The notes: generated from the sequence alone by a model not told the origin. A DNA stretch of 64,000 bases from an uncultured cyanobacterium (GCA_963710605.1 CAVQBA010000006.1:480001-544000); one strand, 5' to 3'; numbered from the stretch's first letter, positions 1 through 10,611 are shown. Made by a program: numbers and translations.

Positions 1-1615
1 TTGGGACGAAGATCATATTTATATGGTGATGGATTATCCAGATGGTGAAGATTTAGCGACTTATCTTGATAATAACGGTCAAATTCCCGCAGAAGAGGTA
101 TTAAATATCATCACTAAAATTGCTTCGGCTTTAAATTTACTTCACCAAAGCAAAGTATTACATCAAGATATCAAACCACAGAATATAATTATTGATTCAC
201 AAACACAAAATCCTGTTTTAATCAATTATGGTATGGCAATCAAATTATTTACCATTACATCACGCAAAAACGCTAATAATATCAATGATTGTTTTCTACC
301 TCCAGAAAAGTTTAATGAGAAAAAAAAGTTAGGTATTGGTAGTGATGTATATTCAATTGCCGCCACGGCTTACACATTAGCAACAGGGCAATTACCAACT
401 TCAGCTTATCTGAGGGTTAAACAACAATTACCTTTAATCCCTCCTCAGCAACTTAATCCTAGTTTAAGCGATCGTTTTAATCAAGCAATTATTAAAGGGA
501 TGGATTTAGATTTAAAACAACGTCCACAATATCTTAAAGATTGGTTAGATTTATTCAAAGAAAAACAAAAGCTATCACAATCACAATATGAAACTCTTGA
601 TGATTTACCTACAGATATCAGTGACATACCTCCAGAAAACCTAGCTATTTTCAATGCCATAGTCAACAATGATGAAACAATCGTTCAAAGAGTAAGTTCA
701 AATGTTGCCCCCCCAACAATTACTAATCGAGAAAAGAATTACCCCAATATTGAAAAATACACTTTTGAAACCATAGAAATAGAGGAAAAAAAAGGGTTTT
801 TTAGTTTGTTTCCTAAACAGAAGAAAAAGACAAATACTAGTGAAGGACAATTTTTTGTTGAGTATTTAGGTACAGGAGTTAATTTAGAAATGATTTTTAT
901 TCCTGCCGGTACAATGATGATGGGAGGAAACAAAAACGAAAAAGGAAAAGATAAAAACGAAAATCCCCAGCATTTAGTTAATCTTAAATCTTTTTATATT
1001 AGTAAATACCCGATTACTCAAAAACAATGGCGAATCGTTTCTCGTTTCCCCAAAATTACTCGTAATTTAAAACAAAAACCTTCTTTTTTTAGAGGCGATA
1101 ATCTACCTGTAGAAAGAATTTCTTGGCTAGATACTCAAGAATTTAGTAAAAGAATTAGTAAGTATAGTGGGCGTACTTATCGTTTACCAACAGAATCGGA
1201 ATGGGAATATGCTTGTCGAGGTAATACAACAACGGCTTTTTTCTTCGGGGAGACAATGACTCCTGAATTTGCTAATTATGATCAAAGTAGTAATACTCGT
1301 AATAATCAACAAAATCTTAAGACTAATACGAAAAAAACTACCTCAGTAGATAATTATTATCCTAATCCATTCGGTATCTATGATTGTCATGGTAATGTTT
1401 GGGAATGGTGTGAGGATAATTATGTTGACAATTATCTATCTCATCCTATTGATGGCTCAGCTTATTATGCCCCTAATGATAATCCTGAACGAGTTGTTCG
1501 TGGTGGCTCTTGGTCGTTACCTGCATATTACAGTCGTAGCTCTCGTCGTAATGGTTACATCACTGATTCTACTTATAATTTTATTGGTATGCGAATAGTT
1601 TGTGTTCTTGATTAA
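1..1615 (+). CDS. Ser/Thr kinase-like domain fused to FGE-sulfatase (SUMF1) domain, 5'-partial
   Basis: HQDIKPQN and SDVYS kinase motifs; C-terminal RLPTESEWEYACRG, GNVWEWC, RGGSW. Frame is open to the window edge (WDEDHIYMVMDY). Confidence 0.85.
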   Translation, partial: WDEDHIYMVMDYPDGEDLATYLDNNGQIPAEEVLNIITKIASALNLLHQSKVLHQDIKPQNIIIDSQTQNPVLINYGMAIKLFTITSRKNANNINDCFLPPEKFNEKKKLGIGSDVYSIAATAYTLATGQLPTSAYLRVKQQLPLIPPQQLNPSLSDRFNQAIIKGMDLDLKQRPQYLKDWLDLFKEKQKLSQSQYETLDDLPTDISDIPPENLAIFNAIVNNDETIVQRVSSNVAPPTITNREKNYPNIEKYTFETIEIEEKKGFFSLFPKQKKKTNTSEGQFFVEYLGTGVNLEMIFIPAGTMMMGGNKNEKGKDKNENPQHLVNLKSFYISKYPITQKQWRIVSRFPKITRNLKQKPSFFRGDNLPVERISWLDTQEFSKRISKYSGRTYRLPTESEWEYACRGNTTTAFFFGETMTPEFANYDQSSNTRNNQQNLKTNTKKTTSVDNYYPNPFGIYDCHGNVWEWCEDNYVDNYLSHPIDGSAYYAPNDNPERVVRGGSWSLPAYYSRSSRRNGYITDSTYNFIGMRIVCVLD

Positions 1616-1664
1616 TTTAGTCGGTTTAAATCGGTTTTTTTAAAGCGGTAAAATATGATTCATT

Positions 1665-1775
1665 CGTGTCAACTTAAGAGATAATTATCGCTCTGACTGA
1701 GGTTTCAGCCCTGCCTTGAGCTATCGTGCAAGGCTAACAAAAATCGTTCATTATTTATGAACTTAAAGTGGAATT
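1665..1775. repeat. Degenerate dispersed repeat / MITE remnant starting CGTGTCAACTTAAG
   Basis: Related degenerate copy at about 8069-8113 (CGAGTCAACTT..GATAATT..TTCAGTCCTG); internal hairpin GCCTTG..CAAGGC. Confidence 0.4.
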
Positions 1776-1898
1776 TCTTGGGCAAAAAGTATTTAAAATA
1801 AGTAGATTCTAGTTGTTTGAATTTGAGCAATGCAGATTTATTAGGTACAAATATAAACCCTTTATTCATAATCAATTTTCGATCGATTACGATCGTTT

Positions 1899-3254
1899 TT
1901 ATTTATTTTTAGTTGACCAATCCTGAATAACTTTTTGTCTTCCTCGTGCGATCGCTAAAGCATTGTCTTCTACATCGTGAGTAATCACCGAACCTGCGGC
2001 GATAGTAACATCTTCACCGATCGTTACAGGAGCAACAAATACACTATTAGAACCTGTTTTAGTTCGATCGCCAATAACAGTCGGATGTTTGTTAACACCA
2101 TCATAATTAGCGGTAATTGTACCTGCACCAACATTTACTTGATTTCCCAGAGTAGCATCACCAATATAGGATAGATGAGCGATATTGGTTTTGTTACCGA
2201 TTTTACTTTTTTTAATCTCGACAAAATTACCCACACGACAACCTTCTCCTAAATTAGCACTTCCTCTAAGATGAGCATAAGGACCAATTTTACTATCTGA
2301 AGCGACTTTACTATCAATAACCACCGAAAATAAGACCTTGATATTATCTTCTAACTGGCTATTTTCAATCATTGACCCCGGCCCTAGATGACAACCTGAA
2401 CCGATGCTTGTATTGCCTTTTAAATGTGTTTGTGGTTCAATTATCACATCACTACCTAACTCAACTGATTCATCGATCGTTATACTATCAGGATTAATCA
2501 TCGTTACCCCTGCCATCATCCATTTTTGCTTAATACGAGTTTGCAGGATATCATTGGCATTAGCTAACTGAAGACGATCGTTTATACCACTAATTTCGAG
2601 ATAATCATCAACATCTAAAGCCATCACCTTATCTAGATAATCAAATACCTCAGTTAAATAATACTCTTGTTGATCGTTATTCGTACTTAGCTTTGGTAAA
2701 ACCTCTTTTAGTTGTTGCCAACTGAAACAATAAACACCTGCATTGATACGATTATTTTGTTTTTGTGTTTGAGTACAATCTCTATCTTCGATGATTTGTG
2801 TTACTAAATTATTTTGCTCACAAAAAACACGTCCATAACCTTGAGGATTAGGTAAATTAGCTGTTAGTAGCGTTGCTTCATTACCATTTTCCTGGTGAGT
2901 AGAAACCAGTTTTTCGATCGTTTCTGGACGTAATAAGGGTACATCTCCATTTAATACCAAAACATCCCCTTCAAAATTATCATCTAAGTGAGGTAAAAGC
3001 TGTTGTATAGCATGCCCTGTACCTAACTGTTCGGTTTGCTCAACAAATTCTAACCCCAGAAGATGACTCAGTGCATTAATCACTTCTTGGGCTTGATAAC
3101 CAATAATGATAACGGTATGATCGGGTTTTACTGCGTGACAACTATCGATCGCCCTTTCCACAAGACTTTTACCACCTAAACAATGTAATACCTTAGGAAG
3201 TTTAGATTTCATCCTTGTACCTTTTCCTGCGGCAAGAATTGCAACTGCTAACAT
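1899..3254 (-). CDS. glmU: Bifunctional UDP-GlcNAc pyrophosphorylase / glucosamine-1-P acetyltransferase
   Basis: [18 protein letters not shown], hexapeptide repeats, [12 protein letters not shown]. Confidence 0.97.
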   Translation of the reverse strand: MLAVAILAAGKGTRMKSKLPKVLHCLGGKSLVERAIDSCHAVKPDHTVIIIGYQAQEVINALSHLLGLEFVEQTEQLGTGHAIQQLLPHLDDNFEGDVLVLNGDVPLLRPETIEKLVSTHQENGNEATLLTANLPNPQGYGRVFCEQNNLVTQIIEDRDCTQTQKQNNRINAGVYCFSWQQLKEVLPKLSTNNDQQEYYLTEVFDYLDKVMALDVDDYLEISGINDRLQLANANDILQTRIKQKWMMAGVTMINPDSITIDESVELGSDVIIEPQTHLKGNTSIGSGCHLGPGSMIENSQLEDNIKVLFSVVIDSKVASDSKIGPYAHLRGSANLGEGCRVGNFVEIKKSKIGNKTNIAHLSYIGDATLGNQVNVGAGTITANYDGVNKHPTVIGDRTKTGSNSVFVAPVTIGEDVTIAAGSVITHDVEDNALAIARGRQKVIQDWSTKNK

Positions 3255-3334
3255 GAGTTCATCTAATTTTTTTTCGCTTTTGAGTATATCAGCAAATTAT
3301 CATCTTTGTGCAAAATAATCTCTAAATCATAAAA

Positions 3335-3388
3335 GATAAAGGATGAAGGATGAAGCATAAGGGATAAAGGATAAAGGATGAAGGATGA
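3335..3388. repeat. Heptamer tandem array (GATAAAG/GATGAAG)
   Basis: About 7 imperfect 7-bp units read directly. Confidence 0.8.
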
Positions 3389-3470
3389 TTACCAACTAAT
3401 ACTTTGAGATTTATCTCCTCCATTACCTACTTCCTATTGTTATTATCTGTTCACTGTTATTATCTGTTAT

Positions 3471-3641
3471 CTAAAGAAGTCCTAACCAACTTAATAAACC
3501 TTGTTTACTAAAATATTCAATTGCTAAAGCGATTACAAAGCCGAGCATTGCCGCTCTACCATTTAACTTTTCAGCATAATCGTTAAAACCAAATTTTGGT
3601 TCTTCAATCTTCGGGGTTTGAGTAGGTTGAGGCTGAGTCAT
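3471..3641 (-). CDS. hliD: High-light inducible protein (56 aa), absent from the ORF track
   Basis: Manual translation MTQPQPTQTPKIEEPKFGFNDYAEKLNGRAAMLGFVIALAIEYFSKQGLLSWLGLL; ExxNGRxAM chlorophyll-binding motif. Confidence 0.93.
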   Translation of the reverse strand: MTQPQPTQTPKIEEPKFGFNDYAEKLNGRAAMLGFVIALAIEYFSKQGLLSWLGLL

Positions 3642-3678
3642 AATTTTATCTTCCTATGTATTTGAATTTTTATTAAAT

Positions 3679-3696
3679 TTTGTTAACTTTTGTAAA
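3679..3696 (-). promoter_or_regulatory. HLR1 (RpaB-binding) direct repeat upstream of hliD
   Basis: Minus strand TTTACAAA-AG-TTAACAAA; close to (G/T)TTACA(T/A)(T/A)-N2 repeat consensus; hli genes are known RpaB targets. Confidence 0.7.
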
Positions 3697-3818
3697 TATA
3701 TTATTACATTATTAAACAGATAATTGTCAAGAATAGACAATTCAAAATGTTTTCTTAAGCTTTTAACTAGTTCAATTACTAATTCTCATATCAGGGTTGA
3801 TATTAAGTCTATAAAGTC

Positions 3819-3946
3819 AAAAGGGCAAAGGGCAAGTTAAAAGTTAAAAGTTAAAAGTTAAAAGTTAAAAAAGGCACTCCATGCAAGAGTTGAATTCACT
3901 CACTCTTCTTACTCCTTACTCCTTACTTCTTACTCATTACTCATTA
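3819..3946. repeat. Heptamer arrays (AAAGGGC/AAAAGTT, then TACTCCT/TACTCAT)
   Basis: Read directly. Confidence 0.8.
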
Positions 3947-4105
3947 TCCTTGGCGGGGCGTAATTACCCTTGATTTTTTTGGTAACTTTTTTCGGTAAAG
4001 CGTAGATAAGAGAATGAAGGGGCTTGTGTCTGCTTATATGCGCTTGCGTCCACTATTTATTATATTATTGATTATTGATTCCTAATTTTTAGTTATATAT
4101 ATCAT

Positions 4106-5335
4106 CTACTGAGATTGTAAAGGAATGGTAAAGCTAAAAATAGAGCCTTGATTTAAAGTTGATTCTACCCATATCTTGCCAGCATTTTTCTCAACAAATT
4201 CTTGACAAAGTAATAGACCTAACCCTGTACCTATTTCTCCGGCTGTACCCTCAATAGTGTAACAAGTAGCTATATTGAAAAGGTTCTTTATTTGTCTTTG
4301 TGTCATTCCGATACCATTATCGATAATATTGACTTGAACAAAATTATCTTTTTGCTGAAGATTGATTTTAACTTGTCCTCCATCTTCAGTAAATTTGATC
4401 GCATTATTAATCAAATTTTGTATTGTTGAAAATAGCATATTATAGTCGCCCATAACTTTGAAATTAGATTGTAAATTATCAACATATAAAGTAATGTTTT
4501 TATTTGTCGCTTTATCTTTCATTAATAAAACAGATTCATAAACTAAACTATTGAGGTCAATACTTTTAGGATGGACTTGCATTTTACCACTTTCTAACAT
4601 TGACCATCTTAAGAGATTATCAACTAGTTTAAATGCCATATCCGAAGATTCATAAATTGCTCCTGCTAACTCAGAAATTGTATCTTTATCCATGTTATGA
4701 ATATCATAATTAAGCATTTGAGCTAAATTAAGAATACTATTAAAAGGAGATTTCAAATCGTGAGAAATAATCGAGAAAAATTTATCTTTACTATTGTTTA
4801 ATTCTTGTAATTCCTGAGAAGATTGTTGTAGTTTTTTATACGCTAATCTTAATTCTAATTGAGCGATAATTTGTTTGGCTAAAATTACTAAACAATTTAA
4901 TTGTTCGTCGGTAAGTTTTTTAGGCTGAGAATCGATCGCACATAATGTACCTAAAGGATAACCATCAGGTGTTACTAAAGGTGCACCTGCATAAAAACGA
5001 ATTGAAGGTGGTTTTTCTTTTACTAAAGGATTATCTGCGAATCGTTCATCTTGAGAGGCATCTTCGACGACAAATATATCATCTGTATTAAGAATAGCAT
5101 GAGAACAAAAAGCCAAATCTCGATGAGTTTCTCTAACTGACAAACCGACTTTAGCTTTAAACCATTGACGATGATCATCAACAAAACTGATTAAGGCTAT
5201 AGGGGTTTCGCAAATAGTGGCGGCTATCTGTGTAATTTCATCATAGGTTCGCTCAAATTCTGTGTCTAAAATATTATATCTTTCCAACGCCTTTAATCTT
5301 TGGAGTTCGTTCATTGGTAAAGACGCTATCTTCAT
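4106..5335 (-). CDS. GAF-domain sensor histidine kinase
   Basis: GAF ([15 protein letters not shown]), H-box SHDLKSP, N-box NAIKF, G-boxes DNGIG and GTGLGL. Confidence 0.93.
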   Translation of the reverse strand: MKIASLPMNELQRLKALERYNILDTEFERTYDEITQIAATICETPIALISFVDDHRQWFKAKVGLSVRETHRDLAFCSHAILNTDDIFVVEDASQDERFADNPLVKEKPPSIRFYAGAPLVTPDGYPLGTLCAIDSQPKKLTDEQLNCLVILAKQIIAQLELRLAYKKLQQSSQELQELNNSKDKFFSIISHDLKSPFNSILNLAQMLNYDIHNMDKDTISELAGAIYESSDMAFKLVDNLLRWSMLESGKMQVHPKSIDLNSLVYESVLLMKDKATNKNITLYVDNLQSNFKVMGDYNMLFSTIQNLINNAIKFTEDGGQVKINLQQKDNFVQVNIIDNGIGMTQRQIKNLFNIATCYTIEGTAGEIGTGLGLLLCQEFVEKNAGKIWVESTLNQGSIFSFTIPLQSQ

Positions 5336-5858
5336 CGCTACTTACTACTTTATCTGATTGAGTTGTGTTTCTATAAGTTCTCATCTTACTCCATTTTTTC
5401 AACCTAAACAAATAAATACTTTATTTTTTCATTAATTTATCGGTTTTCTAATATTTGCTTGCGGTTAAATCGATTAATTTTAGATAGCTAAGAGTAATCA
5501 TTATAAAATATAAAACCAAAATGAATTAATTTTTAATTGTTAATAACTTAATTTTGTTGTAAGTATTCTATTTATTACTTTTAAAAGCTTTATTTTTTTA
5601 TTTTTGGGATAACATTAATCGTTTTTCTTTAATTAGGATAGCTATTATTAAGTTATCTATTTTCTAATTAATAACCTAAAATTTGCTGACAGATCATTGG
5701 TGATTTTTGTACTATATGCGATTAATTCATTAAGTAAAAGGTAAACGATTAGCTTTATAATAAATAATTTGAAAGTCGATCGACAATAAGGCTTTTAGAT
5801 TCAACCACTGAGAGCGATGATGTTATTAAATAAAACATCAATTTATAAAAGCAATACT

Positions 5859-7133
5859 ATGAGCAAGATGATCTCAGAATATAATTATTATTGGTTAAAA
5901 AACGTCCATATACCTAGTTGCTTACTTCCCGAAAATCAGATTAAAGCAACAACTAGAGAAAATTTATGTTTGTGCGACGTTAAAATAGAGGCAGGAAAAA
6001 TAGCGGCGATCGTACCTGCTTCTAATCATACTGTTGGTATTAATTTACAACAAAAAATAGTCTTACCTTGTTTTGTCGATATTCATACTCATTTAGATAA
6101 AGGACATACATATGAACGATCGCCTAATTTAGTCGGTGATTTTGCGACTGCTTTAACAGCGGTACAAAAAGATCATCTATTGTGGGATGAAGTAGATTTA
6201 TATTCTAGAATGGAATTTGCTTTGCAATGTAGTTATGCTCATGGCTCGATCGCTATTCGGACTCATTTAGACTGTTTTGGTTCACAATCAGCAATTAGCT
6301 TAAAAGTATGGCAAGAATTAAAACAAAAATGGCAAGACAAAATCCATTTACAAGCAGTATGTTTGGTTAGTTTAGATTATTTCCTGACTACTGCAGGAGA
6401 AATACTCGCCGATAAAATAGCGCAAGTCGGAGGTATTTTAGGTGGTGTTGCTTATATGAATCCTCGAATTGATGAGCAGTTAGACAGAGTTTTTCAGTTA
6501 GCAAAAGAGCGAAATTTAGAGTTAGATTTTCATGCGGATGAAAATGGAGAGATAGATTCTATTTGTTTACAGAAAATAGCGGCTACAGCAATTAAATATA
6601 ATTTTTCTCAGAACATCCTTGTCGGACATTGTTGTAGTTTATCACAACAACCACCCGAAATGGTAAATAAAACGATCGAATTATTACAACAACAAACTAA
6701 TATCAGTATTGTCTCTTTACCGATGTGTAATCTTTACTTACAAGATAGACAACCAGAAATTACACCTAGATGGCGAGGAGTCACCAGAGTCAAGGAATTA
6801 AAACAAGCCCAAATCAAAGTTGCTTTAGCTAGTGATAATTGTCGTGATCCTTTTTTCGGTTTTGGCGACCATGATATGTTAGAAGTGTTTAGTCAATCTG
6901 TGCGGATTGCTCACTTAGATACTCCTTATCATGACTGGATTGCGTCGGTGACTAAAATACCTGCTGATTTGATGGGTTTACCTAATTTTGGTCGTATAGC
7001 CGTAGGTTTACCTGCTAATTTAATTATCTTCAATAGTCGTTACTTTAGTGAATTACTTTCTCGTCCACAAAACGATCGACAAGTAATTAGAGACGGTAAA
7101 ATTATTGATGCGACGTTACCTCAATACAACTAA
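5859..7133 (+). CDS. codA: Cytosine deaminase-like amidohydrolase
   Basis: DIHTHLDK, DFHADE, GHCCSL, SDNCRDPF. Start uncertain (5817, 5859 or 5868). Confidence 0.85.
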   Translation: MSKMISEYNYYWLKNVHIPSCLLPENQIKATTRENLCLCDVKIEAGKIAAIVPASNHTVGINLQQKIVLPCFVDIHTHLDKGHTYERSPNLVGDFATALTAVQKDHLLWDEVDLYSRMEFALQCSYAHGSIAIRTHLDCFGSQSAISLKVWQELKQKWQDKIHLQAVCLVSLDYFLTTAGEILADKIAQVGGILGGVAYMNPRIDEQLDRVFQLAKERNLELDFHADENGEIDSICLQKIAATAIKYNFSQNILVGHCCSLSQQPPEMVNKTIELLQQQTNISIVSLPMCNLYLQDRQPEITPRWRGVTRVKELKQAQIKVALASDNCRDPFFGFGDHDMLEVFSQSVRIAHLDTPYHDWIASVTKIPADLMGLPNFGRIAVGLPANLIIFNSRYFSELLSRPQNDRQVIRDGKIIDATLPQYN

Positions 7134-7244
7134 TACTTAATAATTATTTCTACTCTCACCAAGTTAAGATCGTATTTCTATATTCTTGATCGGTCATTGA
7201 GATTAAATAAAGTGTTTATTTTTTTGCTCAAAAACTTTTTATGA

Positions 7245-7526
7245 CTACGATCGAGGGCGAGTTTGCCACCACATATTAATACCTGTAATCGCTAAGGTTA
7301 ATAATCCAAAAGCATTAAAAAAAGGATAAATCATCTCCAAATTAATTCGCCCAAATTTTCCACGGTGTAATTCTAATAACCACAAAAAATTATTAACATC
7401 ACCTGTAACTACTGCAATTTGGAATAATGAGCCTGTAATTAAAGTAAGTAAAAGTGGGAAAATCATAATTGGAGCAAACCAACTATGTATTTGCCGTATT
7501 CTCATTTCATTGATTAACTTACCCAT
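7245..7526 (-). CDS. Small membrane protein, PepSY-associated TM-helix-like
   Basis: RQIHSW..LITG and LELHRG motifs, two hydrophobic helices; start overlaps the stop of the upstream gene. Confidence 0.7.
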   Translation of the reverse strand: MGKLINEMRIRQIHSWFAPIMIFPLLLTLITGSLFQIAVVTGDVNNFLWLLELHRGKFGRINLEMIYPFFNAFGLLTLAITGINMWWQTRPRS

Positions 7527-7924
7527 TAATTAGACTCCTTCTGATACACTTTCTTTTTGATGGTGTAGAGTAAAAATGGACTAGCTAAAAGTAAAAAGAA
7601 AACTAATTCTGTCGGTTGTGGAATTAAATTCGATCGTTTTAAAAAAGAAGTAGAAGTAGAAGGCGATTTTTGCAAATCTTCTGAGGTAGGAGAGACTAGA
7701 GGCTTATTAGTAGGATTCGATATTGGAGTCTCCATCTTTTGTCTATCATCATCGTCATGATTAGTTTTAGTTTCTTCTTCAGAAGGCTTTTGTAATTGCT
7801 TTGTTTGAGAATTACTATTATTATGTTTTCCAGCATGACTTAAAGAAGGTTTTGCCGATGAAATTAATCCCATTGAGCCAACTAAAATAGTTGTGATAAA
7901 AATACTGTTTAATTTTAGTAACAT
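7526..7924 (-). CDS. Exported protein with signal peptide, HAGKH motif and C-terminal TM anchor
   Basis: Hydrophobic N-terminus, SHAGKH after the predicted cleavage site, C-terminal hydrophobic helix with basic tail. Confidence 0.7.
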   Translation of the reverse strand: MLLKLNSIFITTILVGSMGLISSAKPSLSHAGKHNNSNSQTKQLQKPSEEETKTNHDDDDRQKMETPISNPTNKPLVSPTSEDLQKSPSTSTSFLKRSNLIPQPTELVFFLLLASPFLLYTIKKKVYQKESN

Positions 7925-7971
7925 AAAACCTATCTTTATTTATTTTCTAAAGCTCAGGCTAACAGTGAATT

Positions 7972-7988
7972 ATGAAATGACGATGAAA
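7972..7988 (-). promoter_or_regulatory. CopR-type box TTTCAT-N5-TTTCAT
   Basis: Plus strand ATGAAA-TGACG-ATGAAA; 10 nt later a minus-strand TAGCCT -10-like hexamer. Confidence 0.75.
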
Positions 7989-8165
7989 TTTTATCTATCC
8001 TTAAAGTGATTTATTGAAAAAAACTGCAGTATAAATCAATTAATAATATTGCTTGTCAATAATTTTTACGAGTCAACTTCTTGATAATTTCGGAGTAAGG
8101 GCTTCAGTCCTGATTTTTGTAGTAATTTAAAGATGTCAATTTATTTTTTAAACTGTACCTCATCA

Positions 8166-8182
8166 TTTCATCTTCATTTCAT
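8166..8182 (+). promoter_or_regulatory. CopR-type box TTTCAT-N5-TTTCAT
   Basis: TTTCAT-CTTCA-TTTCAT followed 10 nt later by TATTCT. Confidence 0.75.
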
Positions 8183-8232
8183 TTTCTTTGATTATTCTAA
8201 AAACATCCTCAATTTATAGGAATGTGAAAATT

Positions 8233-8475
8233 ATGGAAAAATTTACTAAAAATGCTTTTATTAAGATTACTGTAGCTACCTTTACAGTTACCAGTTTGAT
8301 GGGAATTGTGACTAAATCGGCAACTGCCCAAACTTTAGATTCTACTCACAATCATCTAATCAATAGCCAAACTCATAATAATTCTGATCATCACCAAAAA
8401 CATGAAAGCCATGAAAATCATGAAAATCATGGCAAGACTAAAAAGAAACCACAACCTTCTTCTGCTGGAAAATAA
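8233..8475 (+). CDS. Small secreted His-rich protein
   Basis: Signal peptide ending ATA; mature part HNNSDHHQKHESHENHENHG. ATG 8233 preferred because TTG 8188 lies in the promoter. Confidence 0.7.
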   Translation: MEKFTKNAFIKITVATFTVTSLMGIVTKSATAQTLDSTHNHLINSQTHNNSDHHQKHESHENHENHGKTKKKPQPSSAGK

Positions 8476-8565
8476 ACTAAATTATTTTGTTTGTTGATTA
8501 TTTTCTGATTACTTTTTTTAAGTTACAAGGTAGAGTTTGAGTTTATTAATCTCTTTTTATCAAGA

Positions 8566-8676
8566 TATAGCAGATAATCAGTTGACTCTTGACGTTTAAC
8601 CACCCTTAACCCCTCCGAAGTCGAGGAGGGAGACTCGATCGAGCGAGGTGTCCTAACTTACTTGTTTGTTGCTATA
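8566..8676. repeat. MITE-like element with TATAGCA...TGCTATA inverted ends
   Basis: TATAGCAGATAATCAGTT ... AACTTACTTGTTTGTTGCTATA with a GC-rich internal hairpin. Confidence 0.5.
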
Positions 8677-8880
8677 ATTGACACTCTCCCGCTAAATTAA
8701 AAATTATAACGGGAGATTCTTGCTTTACAGACACTTAACTAGTTTAGTCAGATTACTCTGAGAAAACCCCGTCAGTACGTCTCCACAAGCATTTTGATTT
8801 ACGGTATGCCCTACCGCTCAAGAGTGCAGTTGTTCATGAGGGAAACCCCCTAGACCACACTGCACCGCATTAATCCCTCT
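8658..8880 (-). ncRNA. Predicted TnpB omegaRNA/reRNA (scaffold plus flank-derived guide)
   Basis: Inferred from known IS605 architecture (tnpB 3' end through right-end hairpin into the flank); boundaries approximate. Confidence 0.45.
8818..8868 (-). repeat. 51-bp hairpin insertion in the tnpB 3' end
   Basis: GCGGT direct repeat 51 bp apart and GTGCAG..CTGCAC stem; removing it restores AVGHTVNQNACGDVLTG...CL* ending at 8725. Confidence 0.75.
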
Positions 8881-10000
8881 TTGTTGAATTATTTCTGCGC
8901 TCACTACGTCACGAGCCGCAGTGTACCCACAAAATTGACAGCGATGAGTTCTCTGACTTAAATGTTTTTTACCCGTGTGTTTTCCACATTTTGAACATTT
9001 TTGTGACGTACCATTTTTATCTACTTTGAGGTAAAACTTATGTCTTTTCCAACAAATATAAGGCAAAATCTCATTGATAAATTGCCCTATTCCTGAGTCT
9101 AAGGATTGTTTTCTGACTATACCTCGACTCCAAGAAATAAAGTTAATGTCCTCGACAAAAATATTATCTGCTTGGTCGCAAAGATAATGTGCTAATTTAA
9201 AATGCCAGTCACGTCTAGTATTAGCGGCTGTTTCGTGTAATTTAGCTATTTTATTTTGCAGTTTTAACCAATTACTAGAACCCTTGATTTTGTGTTTTAA
9301 GCGTCTTTGTAGCGATTTAAGCTGACTCTGTACTTTTAACAAAAACTTTGGTGCTTTGATTAATTCTGCTTGATCGGTAGCTATAAACGATTCAATTCCT
9401 GCATCTAATCCTAAACTTATTTTACCCACAGGTGCATCTGGGCAAGACTCTTTTGATTGAAATGCAATCATTAAATAATACCCACTTGCAGATGCGAACT
9501 ATTCTCGCTTGTTTTGGGGTGAATCCCTGTGGATACTCTCTTGATTGTCTAATTTTCAACCAACCCAATTGAGGTAGCTTTACTTTCCCTTGTTCCAAAC
9601 AATCTTTGAGCATTTGAGCAAAAACAAAACTTCTCATCTTTTTCTTAAAGCGAGGAAAACCTTTCCCTTTAGTTTTCATCTCGGCAAACGCTTTGTCCAA
9701 GGTCTTTAGAGTCTGCTGTAACACTTGGGCATTTACTGACTTCAATCTTGGATTTGATTTTTTTGCTTGAGTCAAACTTGTAGCTTGATGGTGATAGTTA
9801 GGGTAACTTATGTCCGCAGCAATAATGTATTCTGAATAGATTGAACAACTGTTAACCGGTGATTTTCTACTTCTAAGCCAGTGTTTGCGTTCAGACAAGG
9901 CAAAATTGTAAACAGATTGACAGATACTCAATATATGTTCTACTTTCTGAGTCTGCTGTCTATTCAGTTTCAACTTGTACTGATAAGTTAGATTGATCAC
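8818..10000 (-). pseudogene. tnpB: RNA-guided endonuclease TnpB, frameshifted
   Basis: Two overlapping ORFs join with one extra base near 9490 (RIVR..ASGYY). RuvC motifs GLDAG, VED, RD and Zn finger CSKC/CQFC are intact. Confidence 0.9.
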
Positions 10001-10050
10001 TGTTATCTTTGCTTGGTAATATAAACAATATTACCACTCACTGCTATTAA

Positions 10051-10464
10051 ATGACAACCAATTATCATAAAAGTTTTAGGTCTGTTTATAGTCTCACTGC
10101 TCATGTTGTTTTTGTAACTAAATATCGTAAAAAAGCTATTTCTCCAAAAATACTCGATATTTTAAATGATATTTTTGAGACTACCTTAAGTAAATGGGAA
10201 TGCACTCTTTTAGAATTTAATGGGGAAAGCGATCATGTCCATTTATTACTTGAATACAACCCTAAAGTATCCTTATCAAAATTAATTGCTAACCTCAAAA
10301 ATGTTAGTAGTCGTTTGATTCGTCGTGATTTTCCTCAGTTACAAGATCAATATTTTGATGGCAAGTCTTATTTTTGGTCAGGCTCTTATTTTGTTGCTAG
10401 TTGTGGTGGTGTAACTGTTGAACAATTAAAGCAATACGTTGAAAATCAAAAACTAATTAAATGA
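10051..10464 (+). CDS. tnpA: IS200/IS605 Y1 HUH transposase
   Basis: HVVFVTKYR, DHVHLL (HUH), FWSGSYF, QYVENQ. Confidence 0.95.
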   Translation: MTTNYHKSFRSVYSLTAHVVFVTKYRKKAISPKILDILNDIFETTLSKWECTLLEFNGESDHVHLLLEYNPKVSLSKLIANLKNVSSRLIRRDFPQLQDQYFDGKSYFWSGSYFVASCGGVTVEQLKQYVENQKLIK

Positions 10465-10611
10465 TGACTAAAGGTTTGTTTGTTGGTCAAAATTCATCTC
10501 ACCGTTAAATTGAAAATTATAACGGGAGTCCTCTTTTGACATTTATTGATAGAATGATTTCCATTTCCATACATACAAATTTTTATCAATTTTTTTAATT
10601 AAATTCTGATT

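Larger units (their letters stand above)
8678..10548 (-). mobile_element. IS200/IS605-family element (divergent tnpA and tnpB)
   Basis: Near-identical subterminal hairpins at 8686-8715 and 10498-10528; right end reads ...GTGTCAA on the minus strand; left boundary is approximate. Confidence 0.9.

Noticed and set aside
1490..1615. FGE C-terminus as a diversity-generating retroelement variable region
   Set aside because: No template repeat or reverse transcriptase in the window; a remote template cannot be excluded.
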